Below are positions 39,918-51,296 of a stretch of 64,000 bases of DNA, in pieces. This stretch comes from a virus. Where the stretch lies: positions 32,001 through 96,000 of IMG/VR virus record IMGVR_UViG_3300037205_000062. The stretch is one strand, 5' to 3'. Each line of letters opens with the position of its first letter. Position 1 is the first letter of the stretch. The translations under genes and the position numbers were made by a program. The notes under the pieces were generated by a model. The model saw only the letters and a list, made by a program, of their open reading frames with translations. It had not been told where the DNA came from and did not search any database.

Positions 39918-42900
39918 ATGAATTTAACTGGAACACCTAACAATATTATAATAAACAACATTTTAAGTGGTTATTATAGTGAAAATGTTATTGTGGGTAT
40001 TAAACCACATTTATTTGATTTTTCTAGCCCTACCTATTTAATTAATAATTTTCAAGCCCCGTACGATGCTAAATTAAATATATTTACAGGAAACCAAAAT
40101 TCTTTACAAGCAGTTGGTAGAAAGATACCAAATCCTACTACTCCTAGTTTTGACTCAAATCGTAGTGGAGTTTTATATTATAGTGATAATGCCACAATTT
40201 ATGGAGTATGTCATGGTTTTAGTGGAGATTCTTTAACATATTATCAAGGTTATAATTTCTATAATGCTCATTATGCACCTGGTTATTTTTCGCCACCATT
40301 TGGTGAAAACATATCTATTCTTAAATATGATACTAATGATGATGAAAGCGTATTAGGAGAAGGTGTATGCTCAGACTTAAATATAACAGAATATAATGAA
40401 ATATATGGTATCAATTCTTTTGTTTCTAGTGAAGCTAATATAACTTCTAATGATTTACAAGCTGGTAATTCAATGCTTTTATCTACTCCAAAAGCGGCTT
40501 GTCCAGAAGATGCTGTTTCTGATTTTTTTGATGAATGGGCACTATATCCAATTCAAGGTACTGTCACTGAATTAGGGGCTAATAATCTTTTTAATGGAAA
40601 TCCAATACCTACATCGTTAGATAATTATGAAATTAGATTATTAAGTCGTTATTCTACATTTGTATCTGGAGGTGGTTCAACTGGAATAACTTATCTAAAT
40701 TATAATAGTAGCGGACAACCAATAGCTTCTTATTTTCCTTCATCTCAACAGAATAAATTAAATAATACTCTTTGTGAAGCTCAAATTATTGAAACTTCAA
40801 CAGATTTTGGTATTGGAACTAATGGTCTTCAATTATTACTCGTACCTGACGCTGGAAATTCGGCAGTAGGAAGTCAAGCTAGTTTTATTGGCGTTGCCGA
40901 TCCTTGGAACATGTGGCAATTTAATTTTGAAGAAAATTCAGATTCTTTTCCATTTTCAGATGGATTTAGTGTGGAAGGGGGTGGGGTACATCAATTATTA
41001 GCTAGTGAAGGAACGGCTTTATTTAATTCGACATTAGCTGTAGAAGATAATTATTGGCAAAATAGACAATGTCCATCTACGGTTGATTATCTACCTTGGA
41101 CATTTGGCGCATCAATTTATGCGTGCCCTTCATATCATTTCGATATACCTTATTATGCAGCAATAAATAAGTTTGGATTTTATGGTATGAGGTTTATGAA
41201 TAATTGCGCTGGATTAAGTTTAACTTATCCTTATAGTGGAGTTCCAAACGCAATGGAAGTACAACAAAGTTTTACTCCACAACCTATTGGTGTTGGTAAG
41301 AATGAACCAGAAGGAATTGACGCTTTTGGTAGTCAAGGAAATTTTACTCAATATGATAATTTGTTATCAATAGCTAAAGCTGAATCATCTTATTCAAATA
41401 TGTATGCCTTGAATAAGGGATTTTTTATTTGGTCAAATAATCAATATATCAATACAACATCTCAATTTAATCAATTAAATCAAAAATATCCAGGTTTTAT
41501 TTATTTATATAGTGGTTTAATTAGCCCGTTTCAAAATATTTTTAGCGGTGGAATTACTGGATATTCTAAATTTGAACCAGATTTTATTAATAATAACGCT
41601 GGTAATATAATTAGTAGTAGTTGGATAGCTGATACCTTACTTACTAATAATGTATATAATACATTTATTCAAAATTTACCAAATATTTTAAGTGGTCAAG
41701 ATTATAATCTTTGGAATGAAATTGAAAATGCCTATGCCTATTATGTAACAAATGGTCAAGGAAGTGTTAATGAATCCTTTTATGAAAATCTTATTACTGG
41801 TAGAGATGCCAGATTATTGACTAGATATTTTAATAATTTAGTAACCGCAAATCCTATAGATTTATTTCCGTTAAATCAAGTTATATTTTCATATGATAAA
41901 GCTCAAGACTATTTAGAAAGTACTGGTTGGAATAGATTAACTACTTCATTTGGTTTAAATTCTCCTATACCGCAAATTAATAGAAGATATTTTGTTGGAG
42001 CTTATGGAAATGGTGGTGATATTTCTGGTGTGATCCAAGCTATGAATCAATTATCTCTTGTAAATGGAAGTTATTTCTATCCTGGGTTTTTTAATGATGT
42101 TAATATTAATAAAGATATGCCAGCATTAAAATATGAATCTGTTAATTCTGGAATTATATTAGACGAAAAATTAAGATCATTTTCTCCAAGTGGATGGTTG
42201 GCGCTAGGATATGGTGGAATTGGACAATTAGATAAGAATTTTTCTTGTTTTACTCCTATTTTTATTCAACAACCATTACAACAAGTTTATTGTAAGATAG
42301 GACAAGCTCCTACTTTAAGGTCTTTAGCCGTAGATTATCATACTATTCCAGAAGATAAAATTTCTTATCGTTATACAGAATTAGTTTATTGGTTACAAAA
42401 ATTAAAAATTGTAGATAATAGTTTTAATAATCTTTATCCATTACAATATAAATGGTATAGAGTGCCAAAAGGAAATTATTCTACTATGGTTCAACAAGGT
42501 AATTTCGCTTTAGCTACTCCTAGTTCTTCTACTGGAAATTGGGCATGTTTAGAAGGAGATGGACCAGATTGCACTGTAATCAATCCATTACTATCTTTAC
42601 CAACTGGAACATTAGGTTCGACAGACAATTATACATTTGTCAAAGGAATTACTTATGGAACTGATGATTCGTATTTTTACTTTTGTATGGTATCTGGAAG
42701 ATTTGGTATTAGAATGAGTGAAGCAAGCTCGTTAGTTGTCGAAAATTGGGCTAGATTTGATGTATCTTTTAAAAATGCTATTAATGCCAATGCTAGTCTT
42801 TCAATATCATTTATGATTAATGATGGATTAGGAAATAATCAACAAATTAATTTTCCAACTTCTAGTAGTTATCCTCCATATAATGGTTATCAACGTGATG

Positions 42901-44603
42901 AATATGCCGTAGTAGAAAATCAAGCAAGTCAAAAAATTCCACCACCAAATGCTGGTTATGGAGATGTATCAGCTTTAGCTCCAGTTGGACCAATTAAATA
43001 TATAGGAGCATTAAGAAGTTATACACCCTCAACAGTACGAGATACCAGAGGATTAAGAGAAGATTGGGGCAGATTTATAGATTATGGAACTTTAGTTCCA
43101 TTTTATAAAATTTTATCTCAAAACGAAGGGGATTGGTTATATGGATATAGTCATTTACCAATTTGTAATAATTATCAAATGAATAATGGACAAGCTGGTA
43201 TTCAAATTTCTCCAACTTTAAATGGAAATAAAATTTTACATTGGAGTTTAAGTCAAAGAGCAGTAGCGTCTTATCAACAAACTTGGGTTGGCGTACCTTG
43301 GGAACAACTTAATACTTTTGGAGCTTTATATCCTCCAATAACCCCATCTGATTATGAAGCTGGACAGGATTATGAATCGTTGGGTATTGGACAATGGCAA
43401 TGGTATAATAATTTTGGTGCTATTAAAAGATTTGGACATAATTCTACTTATCAAACTAATGATATTGTGTTAGTCGGTAATGGCTCTCCTAGTTCTAATG
43501 ATCAAGCTGGTTATAATACTCAAATAGCTTTAATTAAACAGAAATGGATTAAATCAACTGATTTAGCTGGATATAATTGTGGTTATACACCATTTGGTTT
43601 AGGACGTAATATGATTTTTTATATTGAAGCTTTTGATAGATTCTATATTTATTGTGATCCTCTAAAGAAAAAAAACGTTCAAGACCTTAATTATATGAAT
43701 CCTGGAATTAGATTAGGTAATTCATCTATTCAATATTTTTGGTTAGGCAAACCTAATAATACATATGTTGAACGTAGAGCAATGTATGGACCCTATGCTT
43801 ATCAATGGAGAGTGAGAAAACATAATAGAGATCGTAATGGTAATGGCATATCTCAAGGTTTTTATTCTATGGGATGGGAAGCTCCATATTCAGAAATGTA
43901 TGATGCTCCCGCTATTTATGGACTTTATTCTAAAGTAATGGATTCTCCACAATCTATGGCTAATATAAATAATATTACTCAATTAAGAAATACCGCTGGA
44001 TATTTAACGGAAATAGGATTAAGAGGAAATTGGTTTGGAACAACTAATGATGAAGGTACTTCTAATACTTATGGAAGTACTTGGCTAGGAGATTGTAGTA
44101 ATGGTGGAGCTGCTTGTAATTATTATAGTGCTTTTTCTGAATTAGCTGGCCAACCAGATTTTGAAAATTACGCCTGTACTCCATTAATGATTCAAAATAA
44201 ACAATGTTTTGACCCATGTTTAAGCATAAGATATGCCCAAGGGTTTTTTCCTGGAGGAAAGTCTCAAAATATGTTTAATTTGTATGGTTCTAATAAGAAT
44301 ATTAGATTAGTTCCAACAGCTAATAATGCTGGTAATTCTCCTATTTTATATGATGAACAATCACAGATTGATAAATCTACTTTTTTTAGAAGTCCAGTTA
44401 ATACACCACATGCTCAACTTATGAGAATATTGGGAAATACTATTGTAGGAATAAGTCCTTGCAAGGACGGAGGAAGTGATCATTGTAATTATATTACTCC
44501 CACTGTTCACTTAGGAACGAGTAGTTTTTTACAAGGACAAACAACATCATTTTTAGCATTAGTTAATCTAATGGAGTCAATTGTTGGAAACTATAGCGGA
44601 TAA
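39918..44603 (+). CDS. Giant virion-associated protein with an Ig-like segment
   Basis: ATG at 39918 after GTGTAA...GGCAAAAGGT; PIFIQQP...KIGQ.PTLRSLAV...YKWYR...YFCMVSGRFG is Ig-like; Cys clusters at the C-terminus. Confidence 0.55.
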   Translation: MNLTGTPNNIIINNILSGYYSENVIVGIKPHLFDFSSPTYLINNFQAPYDAKLNIFTGNQNSLQAVGRKIPNPTTPSFDSNRSGVLYYSDNATIYGVCHGFSGDSLTYYQGYNFYNAHYAPGYFSPPFGENISILKYDTNDDESVLGEGVCSDLNITEYNEIYGINSFVSSEANITSNDLQAGNSMLLSTPKAACPEDAVSDFFDEWALYPIQGTVTELGANNLFNGNPIPTSLDNYEIRLLSRYSTFVSGGGSTGITYLNYNSSGQPIASYFPSSQQNKLNNTLCEAQIIETSTDFGIGTNGLQLLLVPDAGNSAVGSQASFIGVADPWNMWQFNFEENSDSFPFSDGFSVEGGGVHQLLASEGTALFNSTLAVEDNYWQNRQCPSTVDYLPWTFGASIYACPSYHFDIPYYAAINKFGFYGMRFMNNCAGLSLTYPYSGVPNAMEVQQSFTPQPIGVGKNEPEGIDAFGSQGNFTQYDNLLSIAKAESSYSNMYALNKGFFIWSNNQYINTTSQFNQLNQKYPGFIYLYSGLISPFQNIFSGGITGYSKFEPDFINNNAGNIISSSWIADTLLTNNVYNTFIQNLPNILSGQDYNLWNEIENAYAYYVTNGQGSVNESFYENLITGRDARLLTRYFNNLVTANPIDLFPLNQVIFSYDKAQDYLESTGWNRLTTSFGLNSPIPQINRRYFVGAYGNGGDISGVIQAMNQLSLVNGSYFYPGFFNDVNINKDMPALKYESVNSGIILDEKLRSFSPSGWLALGYGGIGQLDKNFSCFTPIFIQQPLQQVYCKIGQAPTLRSLAVDYHTIPEDKISYRYTELVYWLQKLKIVDNSFNNLYPLQYKWYRVPKGNYSTMVQQGNFALATPSSSTGNWACLEGDGPDCTVINPLLSLPTGTLGSTDNYTFVKGITYGTDDSYFYFCMVSGRFGIRMSEASSLVVENWARFDVSFKNAINANASLSISFMINDGLGNNQQINFPTSSSYPPYNGYQRDEYAVVENQASQKIPPPNAGYGDVSALAPVGPIKYIGALRSYTPSTVRDTRGLREDWGRFIDYGTLVPFYKILSQNEGDWLYGYSHLPICNNYQMNNGQAGIQISPTLNGNKILHWSLSQRAVASYQQTWVGVPWEQLNTFGALYPPITPSDYEAGQDYESLGIGQWQWYNNFGAIKRFGHNSTYQTNDIVLVGNGSPSSNDQAGYNTQIALIKQKWIKSTDLAGYNCGYTPFGLGRNMIFYIEAFDRFYIYCDPLKKKNVQDLNYMNPGIRLGNSSIQYFWLGKPNNTYVERRAMYGPYAYQWRVRKHNRDRNGNGISQGFYSMGWEAPYSEMYDAPAIYGLYSKVMDSPQSMANINNITQLRNTAGYLTEIGLRGNWFGTTNDEGTSNTYGSTWLGDCSNGGAACNYYSAFSELAGQPDFENYACTPLMIQNKQCFDPCLSIRYAQGFFPGGKSQNMFNLYGSNKNIRLVPTANNAGNSPILYDEQSQIDKSTFFRSPVNTPHAQLMRILGNTIVGISPCKDGGSDHCNYITPTVHLGTSSFLQGQTTSFLALVNLMESIVGNYSG

Positions 44604-44623
44604 ACAATATAATAAATAACAAT

Positions 44624-47600
44624 ATGATAACGTCTGTTAGTAATTTGTTTGGATTTTCTACCACCGTAGCTAATATAAGAGCTACAGTATTAGGTCAATC
44701 ACCCATAAGAGAAGGATTATGTAATTCATTTGTACAAGCATTTGATTTTTCTAGTTCTTATGGTGCTACTATTTATCAACAAGTAAAGAATAATTCTAAT
44801 ATTCAAAATACTCCAGGATTTAATATTGGAAGTACTTATGATTCTATAGAACAACAATTTTATAATATATTAAATACTTCTTTTCCAAATGAATCAATAC
44901 AAAACAAAAAGAATTTAGCATTAGCGGCCAATGCTTTAGTATTTGGATATTATGTTTACAATAATATAAATTTATCTGATTTCGTTAATCTTATGGGACA
45001 GTTAATGTATTATGTATCTACTGTTATTAATAATAGTCCTATCTTCGGAGTAAATAATAGTTCAAATGTAATTACTCCATTTACATCTTCAGTTATTCAA
45101 ACTTTATTAAATAGTAATTATACACAAGTTATAGAAAATATGTCAGGGGCACCTAGAAATTCCCCCATTGAAGTAGTTAATTATAATTGGTACGAAACTC
45201 AAAATATTTTTTCTAATCCCAATTTACAATTAATGAAAGATATAGAAAATCAATATTACTATATTTCTGGTCAATTAATATATCAAGGAGATGAGTCTAA
45301 TTTACCAAATTGTATTGAAATACCTTTAACAATTAATACATTAACAGGTACAATTAATTCAACATATTTTCTTAATCAACCCTGTGTAGATCAAACACAA
45401 TATATTGGGCCAGTTACAGGAGTATCGTTTTATAGAGAATTTAATGATGGTCCTTTTTCATCTGGTGATTTTACGGCTGATGTTCAACAACAATATATAG
45501 AATTTGATCAAAGTGTTTTATCTGGTTATCAATATCAAAGTAATGCTAAAATTTTATATTCATTTTTAACTGGTAGTGACAGTGGTTATCTTCCAGTAGC
45601 ATTTCCATATGTTTATACTGATGCTAATGGTATTTATAATTTAGATCAGGAATATATTAATATACCAGAGACTTATGAATGTTCTCAGGTATATAGTTCC
45701 ATGCATATAGGTAGTAATTGGCAGAGAATTAGATGTCAACGAGATATACATGGTAATTGTATTAATTGCGAAGAAACTAATTTAACTGGATTCAAATTCG
45801 CGACTTTAGAACTTGACTATCAAAATTGGTATAGAAAATATTCTTATGTTAAAACAAATCCACCGACATCTATTGATAGACTGTTGGCAAGGGCTTTGAA
45901 TATTTTGCCTTATTCATATATTTCGGAGCCAAATACGGATAATAACTTAATAACAGTAAATTCATCTATTAATCAACCATATTTAGGTTATCCTCAATTA
46001 ACTGGACAAAATGCCTTACCTACTATAGCATTTTTTCAAACTTTTAGTAGTCCTACCTTTAATGTAGAACCATCTTTAGCTATATATCCAGCTATAGGAA
46101 CTTCTTATAACGGTACTAATACTGGTTCAGATAGAACTTATGAAATTTCATCTAATTTGATTTTTTCTGGTATTTCATCAATTAATCCGCCAATAGGTTC
46201 TACTGGAGTCAAAGTATTACCATTTGGTGTAGTTATTACATCTTCTGGTAATACAGATGATATATCTAAACAATTTTTTGGTATGGGTGATAATTTAGGT
46301 AATCAATTTACCATTCTTGAAACATTAAATTATAATGCTGGATATGCTTATACTGGAATCGTATTAAGTGGCAGTGGAATATTAGAAAATATTATTTTAT
46401 ATAACAATAATACAGATACAGCTTATCCAATTTTAGGAAGTCAATATCAATATATTGATTTAATTAGTGGATATTCTAATGGTAATGGCAATCAATATGT
46501 TATTACGCAAATGTATGCTCAAGATAATTCTGGAAATTTAATATCATACTATTATCTTGATAATAGAAATTTACCATTAGATTTACAAGTATCAGAAAAT
46601 GAATTAGTTTCTTTTTGTCCATTGCCTGACGTATTTGAAAATAATCTTCAATATAATAGAATATCTGGTACTCAAATAGTTGAGAATTATTTACCACGTT
46701 TTAGTTCTGGGGCATACTCTTTAGAAACAGAAACATTTTTATATCCAAACGCGTCTTTAGCAGATTCATTATATAAAAGTAAAATAAATGGTTTTCCATT
46801 AAGAATTAAATTTGTATTAAATATTAGAGAAGAAACTGTTAGAGAATTATATTCAAAATTTTTTATTACATCTAATGGCTCAATATCTGATATACCATAT
46901 TATGTTAATGTTATTAGACCAAATTCAAATGGGCAAATAGATAACAATATTTTACCTACAATGAGAACAATTTTTGTTCCCGATAATTCTTATTATTCAT
47001 TTCAATATAATTTTAACAATTTTGGAATGGATACCAATAATGATTCGTTTCAATATACTGCCGATCTTTCTATGGTAGACAATAACTGGAGTCCATATAT
47101 TAGTAGATATTTTTATCAAAATATAGGAAATCCAACTTTATTTAAGCAATTTAATCAAACAAATTTTTCAGCTACAAATTATTTTACTCCTTCTGGAAGA
47201 AATTCAATTATATATAACAATGAAAATAATCCTTTTGATCAAGGGGTAAGATTAACTGGTAATGGAGGTAAACAAAGTGTTTGGTTTACTGGGACTGGTA
47301 ATAATAATTCATTTAATTTTTATCAAGAAATACCAATGGGTAATGGACTTTTTCATTATTATAAACCTCTTCAAATTACTGGATATTTATTATATACTCC
47401 ACCATATTTTGATCTTTCTTCTGGACAGGGATATATAAATAACGCTATCCAAGAAGCGTTTTCATTAATGGTTAATGAAAGTACAAATGCTGGACCGATG
47501 AACTGTAACGTTTCTAATGATGGAGGTTGCGCAGTAGTTGAGGGAGCATATTATCAAAATATTCATGGAATAACTGGATTTATTCCAGAAGGAGTTGACC

Positions 47601-49453
47601 CTATATTTTTGCAATATATGGGTGGAAGGAGTGGGGGTTATTTAGTTCAACAAGAAGGTGGTTATCATCCAGAGGGTATCATTGGTGATTTATGGAATAA
47701 TTTTTCATTTCAAAGATATGGTATGTTGGGTTGTTCTCAATTTTCTCCTTGTTGTCCGATTACAAGATGGGCGCATTATGATAATAGTTTGGTATTAATT
47801 AGTTCTAATCCGACTGCTACTAATTTATTTTTAAGAGCATTGTCATATAATCCTTTTATTATGCCAATTTCTGGATTTAATAAATTTATTGGTTCTGAAA
47901 CTTATGCTTATAATTTAGATAATAATAGTGGGCCTCTTAATTTAAAATTTTCTGGAGATTATGCTACTTTTGATTTAAAAACATATATGCCAATTAGAAA
48001 TATTTCTGGGGCATATTTTTATGATCCAACTGGTCTTATTATAGGTCCATTTGATAGAGATATGGAATTGGGTGTACTTGGTTCAAATCAAATATATACT
48101 AATGCTAATCTTTACTGTAATAATAATCAATTAACTGATCCAAGTGGTTTTGGGGGTTGTGATATTAATGCTCAAATTTATTCTCAAGGAGCATTGAATA
48201 GTGGTATAATTCCAAATAAAAATGGTAGAGATGCTAATTTTACAATTTTTGCTGTTATTCCTAAAGGTGGTTATGCTACGTTTAATTTATCTGGTTTAAA
48301 TAGTGGTCAAATTGGATTTGGTAATGTAACTGGAGTTAGTGGAATTCAACTTAATTATTCTTCAGTATCTTTAAGACCAAGAAAGTTAATTAATTTATCT
48401 TTATATGATCCTAATATTCATTATGGAGAAGAGGGATGGATTAATCCAAGATGTTTTATTAACAATGGAATGGAACAAAAATTTTCTTTTAATACAAGTC
48501 AATTTGAAGATTTAACATCTCAAATTTTTACATTTACAACTTATAGTCAATCAGGACAACTTTTTCCAATTCCAAATTTAGATTTTACTGGATTAGCAAA
48601 TGTTGATCAATACGGAAATTTTATTTATCCATCTACAGCCACGGTAGAACAATATTGGAAAAATTATGCCATTAAAAATAATCAAACAATTATAGTATCT
48701 GGGTGGAGAGAGGGAAGTAGAATGTCATTTCAATTTTCAGATATTGAAGTGGAATATGATCAAATGCCATATCAAATACATAGTCTTTATAATCCGTCTG
48801 GAAATTGTATTGTTACTGGAGAAATGGGGTATGTATGTCAAGCAGAAGCTTCTATTTTTTCTGCTGGAGTAATTATACAAGATAATACTCCTCCTATTCC
48901 TGATGGAATAAATACCTATAATCCTTCTTATTTTTCTGATATATTAACTAGATTACCATTTTTAACTGGTATTTCTGGAAATGCTATTATTCCTGTTTTG
49001 CCCGCTCCATCTACAATGATTCAGAGGCAAAACGTTCCTATGATTTCTGGCGGTCAAAGTTATAATAAATTATTGAATTATCCACCATATGATTATAATA
49101 AATATGATTGGCAAGCATATAGTGATTTAGAAACTTTAAATCCTGGAGAGACTTTAGAGGCACAATTACCAGATGATCCAATTTCATTTGTTAAATCGTC
49201 TTTGCAATTTAGCGCATCTCAAGGACAACCATTACCCAATGGAAAAAATAATCCTATTATAGATCAAATTTATGATGTATCAGGGGCGTACCAACTTTAC
49301 GATAGTATAGCTACCGATGCTCTTATTAACAGTGGTAAATGTATTACACAACTTCGTGGAGTAAAAGTTCGTATTCAACAAAGTCAAGACTTATCTGGAC
49401 TTTTAGCCCCATTGGGAACATCCTTAACCATGATTAAGAACGGAATTACTTAA
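44624..49453 (+). CDS. Giant virion-associated protein (1609 aa)
   Basis: Composition like the other structural genes (N/S/G/Y-rich, SG motifs); co-oriented with the previous gene. Confidence 0.5.
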   Translation: MITSVSNLFGFSTTVANIRATVLGQSPIREGLCNSFVQAFDFSSSYGATIYQQVKNNSNIQNTPGFNIGSTYDSIEQQFYNILNTSFPNESIQNKKNLALAANALVFGYYVYNNINLSDFVNLMGQLMYYVSTVINNSPIFGVNNSSNVITPFTSSVIQTLLNSNYTQVIENMSGAPRNSPIEVVNYNWYETQNIFSNPNLQLMKDIENQYYYISGQLIYQGDESNLPNCIEIPLTINTLTGTINSTYFLNQPCVDQTQYIGPVTGVSFYREFNDGPFSSGDFTADVQQQYIEFDQSVLSGYQYQSNAKILYSFLTGSDSGYLPVAFPYVYTDANGIYNLDQEYINIPETYECSQVYSSMHIGSNWQRIRCQRDIHGNCINCEETNLTGFKFATLELDYQNWYRKYSYVKTNPPTSIDRLLARALNILPYSYISEPNTDNNLITVNSSINQPYLGYPQLTGQNALPTIAFFQTFSSPTFNVEPSLAIYPAIGTSYNGTNTGSDRTYEISSNLIFSGISSINPPIGSTGVKVLPFGVVITSSGNTDDISKQFFGMGDNLGNQFTILETLNYNAGYAYTGIVLSGSGILENIILYNNNTDTAYPILGSQYQYIDLISGYSNGNGNQYVITQMYAQDNSGNLISYYYLDNRNLPLDLQVSENELVSFCPLPDVFENNLQYNRISGTQIVENYLPRFSSGAYSLETETFLYPNASLADSLYKSKINGFPLRIKFVLNIREETVRELYSKFFITSNGSISDIPYYVNVIRPNSNGQIDNNILPTMRTIFVPDNSYYSFQYNFNNFGMDTNNDSFQYTADLSMVDNNWSPYISRYFYQNIGNPTLFKQFNQTNFSATNYFTPSGRNSIIYNNENNPFDQGVRLTGNGGKQSVWFTGTGNNNSFNFYQEIPMGNGLFHYYKPLQITGYLLYTPPYFDLSSGQGYINNAIQEAFSLMVNESTNAGPMNCNVSNDGGCAVVEGAYYQNIHGITGFIPEGVDPIFLQYMGGRSGGYLVQQEGGYHPEGIIGDLWNNFSFQRYGMLGCSQFSPCCPITRWAHYDNSLVLISSNPTATNLFLRALSYNPFIMPISGFNKFIGSETYAYNLDNNSGPLNLKFSGDYATFDLKTYMPIRNISGAYFYDPTGLIIGPFDRDMELGVLGSNQIYTNANLYCNNNQLTDPSGFGGCDINAQIYSQGALNSGIIPNKNGRDANFTIFAVIPKGGYATFNLSGLNSGQIGFGNVTGVSGIQLNYSSVSLRPRKLINLSLYDPNIHYGEEGWINPRCFINNGMEQKFSFNTSQFEDLTSQIFTFTTYSQSGQLFPIPNLDFTGLANVDQYGNFIYPSTATVEQYWKNYAIKNNQTIIVSGWREGSRMSFQFSDIEVEYDQMPYQIHSLYNPSGNCIVTGEMGYVCQAEASIFSAGVIIQDNTPPIPDGINTYNPSYFSDILTRLPFLTGISGNAIIPVLPAPSTMIQRQNVPMISGGQSYNKLLNYPPYDYNKYDWQAYSDLETLNPGETLEAQLPDDPISFVKSSLQFSASQGQPLPNGKNNPIIDQIYDVSGAYQLYDSIATDALINSGKCITQLRGVKVRIQQSQDLSGLLAPLGTSLTMIKNGIT

Positions 49454-49463
49454 GTAATATTTT

Positions 49464-50669
49464 TTATTCATTTCCAGAATCTTTAAGCTGAGCTAAAGAT
49501 ACATATATCTTATTTTGTTGTATAGATATACTTTTGGCAAATACGGTATTATCTTCTTTTTTTTGTCCCTTTATAATAACAATATCATTAGCTTTAGGAA
49601 GAGTACCATTAATCTCTTTACATTCTTGTAAACTGTCATTAAATATCATCACGTTCATAGTACCTGTTTCGTCAGAAATTGAATACTTAGCATATTGACT
49701 TCCATTAGGATTTTTTTCGCTCTTATTTTTTGATAATCCAAGTTTTGGATTATCATCAACTATACCAACAAAAATACAATTAGTTTTATCTAATTCTCCA
49801 CTTAAATCATTTACTGAAATTAAAGAAGGAACATCATTAATAAATATATCAATAAGTTTAGTTTTCGTAGAATATCCTAATAAGGTTTTCTCATACCACC
49901 AATTAGCAAAATCTTGACAAATTTTATTTTTTTCATAGATTTCTTTGTATTTTTCCATCTTTTTCTTTATAGTTTCAAAACGCGATTCTTTAATTAAAAA
50001 TTTACTTTTTTCATCTTTTAATTCTTTAACCATAGCATTAACTAAAATAGGTAACTTATATTCATATTTTTCAGCATATGACATGGCTAATCTTTTTTCT
50101 TTTTCAGTTAATACGTTCCATAATTGGGCTTCATAAACTAAAAATACTCTATTTTTACCAAATTGTTCTAATGTGCCCGCTTGAATTAATGCGGAAACTA
50201 CACCTATAGTTAGTCCAGCTTGTTTAGCTGATTCAAATAATTCAAATTTATTAGCATGTTTTCTTTTAAAATTATTAAGTTTTTCAATAGTTTTTTCACT
50301 AATACCTTTAATAGATGATAAACCGAATCTAATATTTTTTCCTTCAATAGTGAAATCCATTTCAGAAAGAGTTAAACTTGGTGGTAATAATTCAATATTA
50401 AAATACTGCATTTCTTTATGAATTTTAGATATTTCGCCAATTGGGTCTGGTTCGTGTCTTGTCATCCTCAATAATGAAAGATAAAATTCTTTAGGATGGT
50501 TAAATTTTAAAAATACAGAAATAGCACTTAACGCACTATAAGAAAAACTATGGCTATTAGATGTAACCATACCCTCCGCATAAAAGTTGTGGTCTGGATG
50601 ATTAACTTCTAAATCTATAGTAGGTTTTATACCTAAAGATTTAATTGATTTTATTTTTAAAAGTTGCAT
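49464..50669 (-). CDS. dnaE: DNA polymerase III alpha C-terminal part preceded by a 38-aa C-intein
   Basis: IntC MQLLKIKSIKSLGIKPTIDLEV...HNFYAEGMVTSN, then extein SHSFSYS...LKFNHPKEFY, IRFGLSSIKGIS (HhH), ALIQAGTL, OB fold ISDETGTMNVMIF. Confidence 0.92.
   Translation of the reverse strand: MQLLKIKSIKSLGIKPTIDLEVNHPDHNFYAEGMVTSNSHSFSYSALSAISVFLKFNHPKEFYLSLLRMTRHEPDPIGEISKIHKEMQYFNIELLPPSLTLSEMDFTIEGKNIRFGLSSIKGISEKTIEKLNNFKRKHANKFELFESAKQAGLTIGVVSALIQAGTLEQFGKNRVFLVYEAQLWNVLTEKEKRLAMSYAEKYEYKLPILVNAMVKELKDEKSKFLIKESRFETIKKKMEKYKEIYEKNKICQDFANWWYEKTLLGYSTKTKLIDIFINDVPSLISVNDLSGELDKTNCIFVGIVDDNPKLGLSKNKSEKNPNGSQYAKYSISDETGTMNVMIFNDSLQECKEINGTLPKANDIVIIKGQKKEDNTVFAKSISIQQNKIYVSLAQLKDSGNE
50556..50669 (-). 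mobile_element. C-terminal half of a split intein (blocks F/G)
   Basis: TIDLEV..PDHNFYAEG.VTSN|S; terminal Asn codon at 50556-50558, +1 Ser. Confidence 0.92.
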
Positions 50670-50670
50670 A

Positions 50671-51246
50671 TTATAATTTAATAGAATTTTCTACTTGATT
50701 TCCAAATACATCCCATCCATTTGTTTGTTGACGTGCGAAAAGCTCCACCCTTGGAATATTACCACAAAGTTCAACAATTCTATTTCTTACTTCATCTGGT
50801 TTTTTACTATGTTGTTCTCTTGGGCTTTGAATTAAAGCTCTAACTTTACGATTTTTGACAAGTTTGGTAGCGTTTTTACCTTTAGTAGCCAACAAACATA
50901 ACTCTACTCCAGATTTAAGAGTATAAGTTCCCATAAAACATACTGGCTGATTTTTCTTGTTTAGCTTTTGCCAAACGAATCCAACGGTTTTGTAATCAAA
51001 TCCCCATTCTTTGATAACCTCGCAACACCTAGATAAATGGTAATCAGTTGTCTAGATAAATAGGATACAATCATCGTCAGCAATATTCTTAACTGGCAAC
51101 GCTTTAATATCTTCACTAGACATTACGGGATATGGCACTTTACGCATCAAACCTAGTCCAAAATGATTCTTTTCTGGAATAACAGTCATATCGTTATAAT
51201 ATGACCAAGGTGGGTCTGCATAAATTATATTATATTTTTTACTCAT
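50671..51246 (-). pseudogene. MT-A70-family adenine methyltransferase interrupted by one in-frame TAG (51052-51054)
   Basis: IIYADPPWSY...DCILFI*TTDYHL...KEWGFDYKTVGFVWQK...ELCLLATKG...HSKKPDEV...RVELFARQ...GWDVFGNQ reads in one frame. TAG sits where the family has Trp (LFLW). Confidence 0.88.
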
Positions 51247-51267
51247 ATTAAATTCAATTCCTATAGA

Positions 51268-51296
51268 ATAATATCACATCATTAGTTTACTGTCAA
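51268..51296 (-). promoter_or_regulatory. sigma70-type promoter for the MTase and IntC-dnaE-C
   Basis: TTGACA-N17-TATTAT. Confidence 0.75.

Noticed and set aside
51052-51054. Genome-wide TAG recoding
   Set aside because: All other long genes are intact under code 11, and TAG ends 8985..9446 at a plausible position. One TAG at a Trp site is better explained by TGG>TAG.
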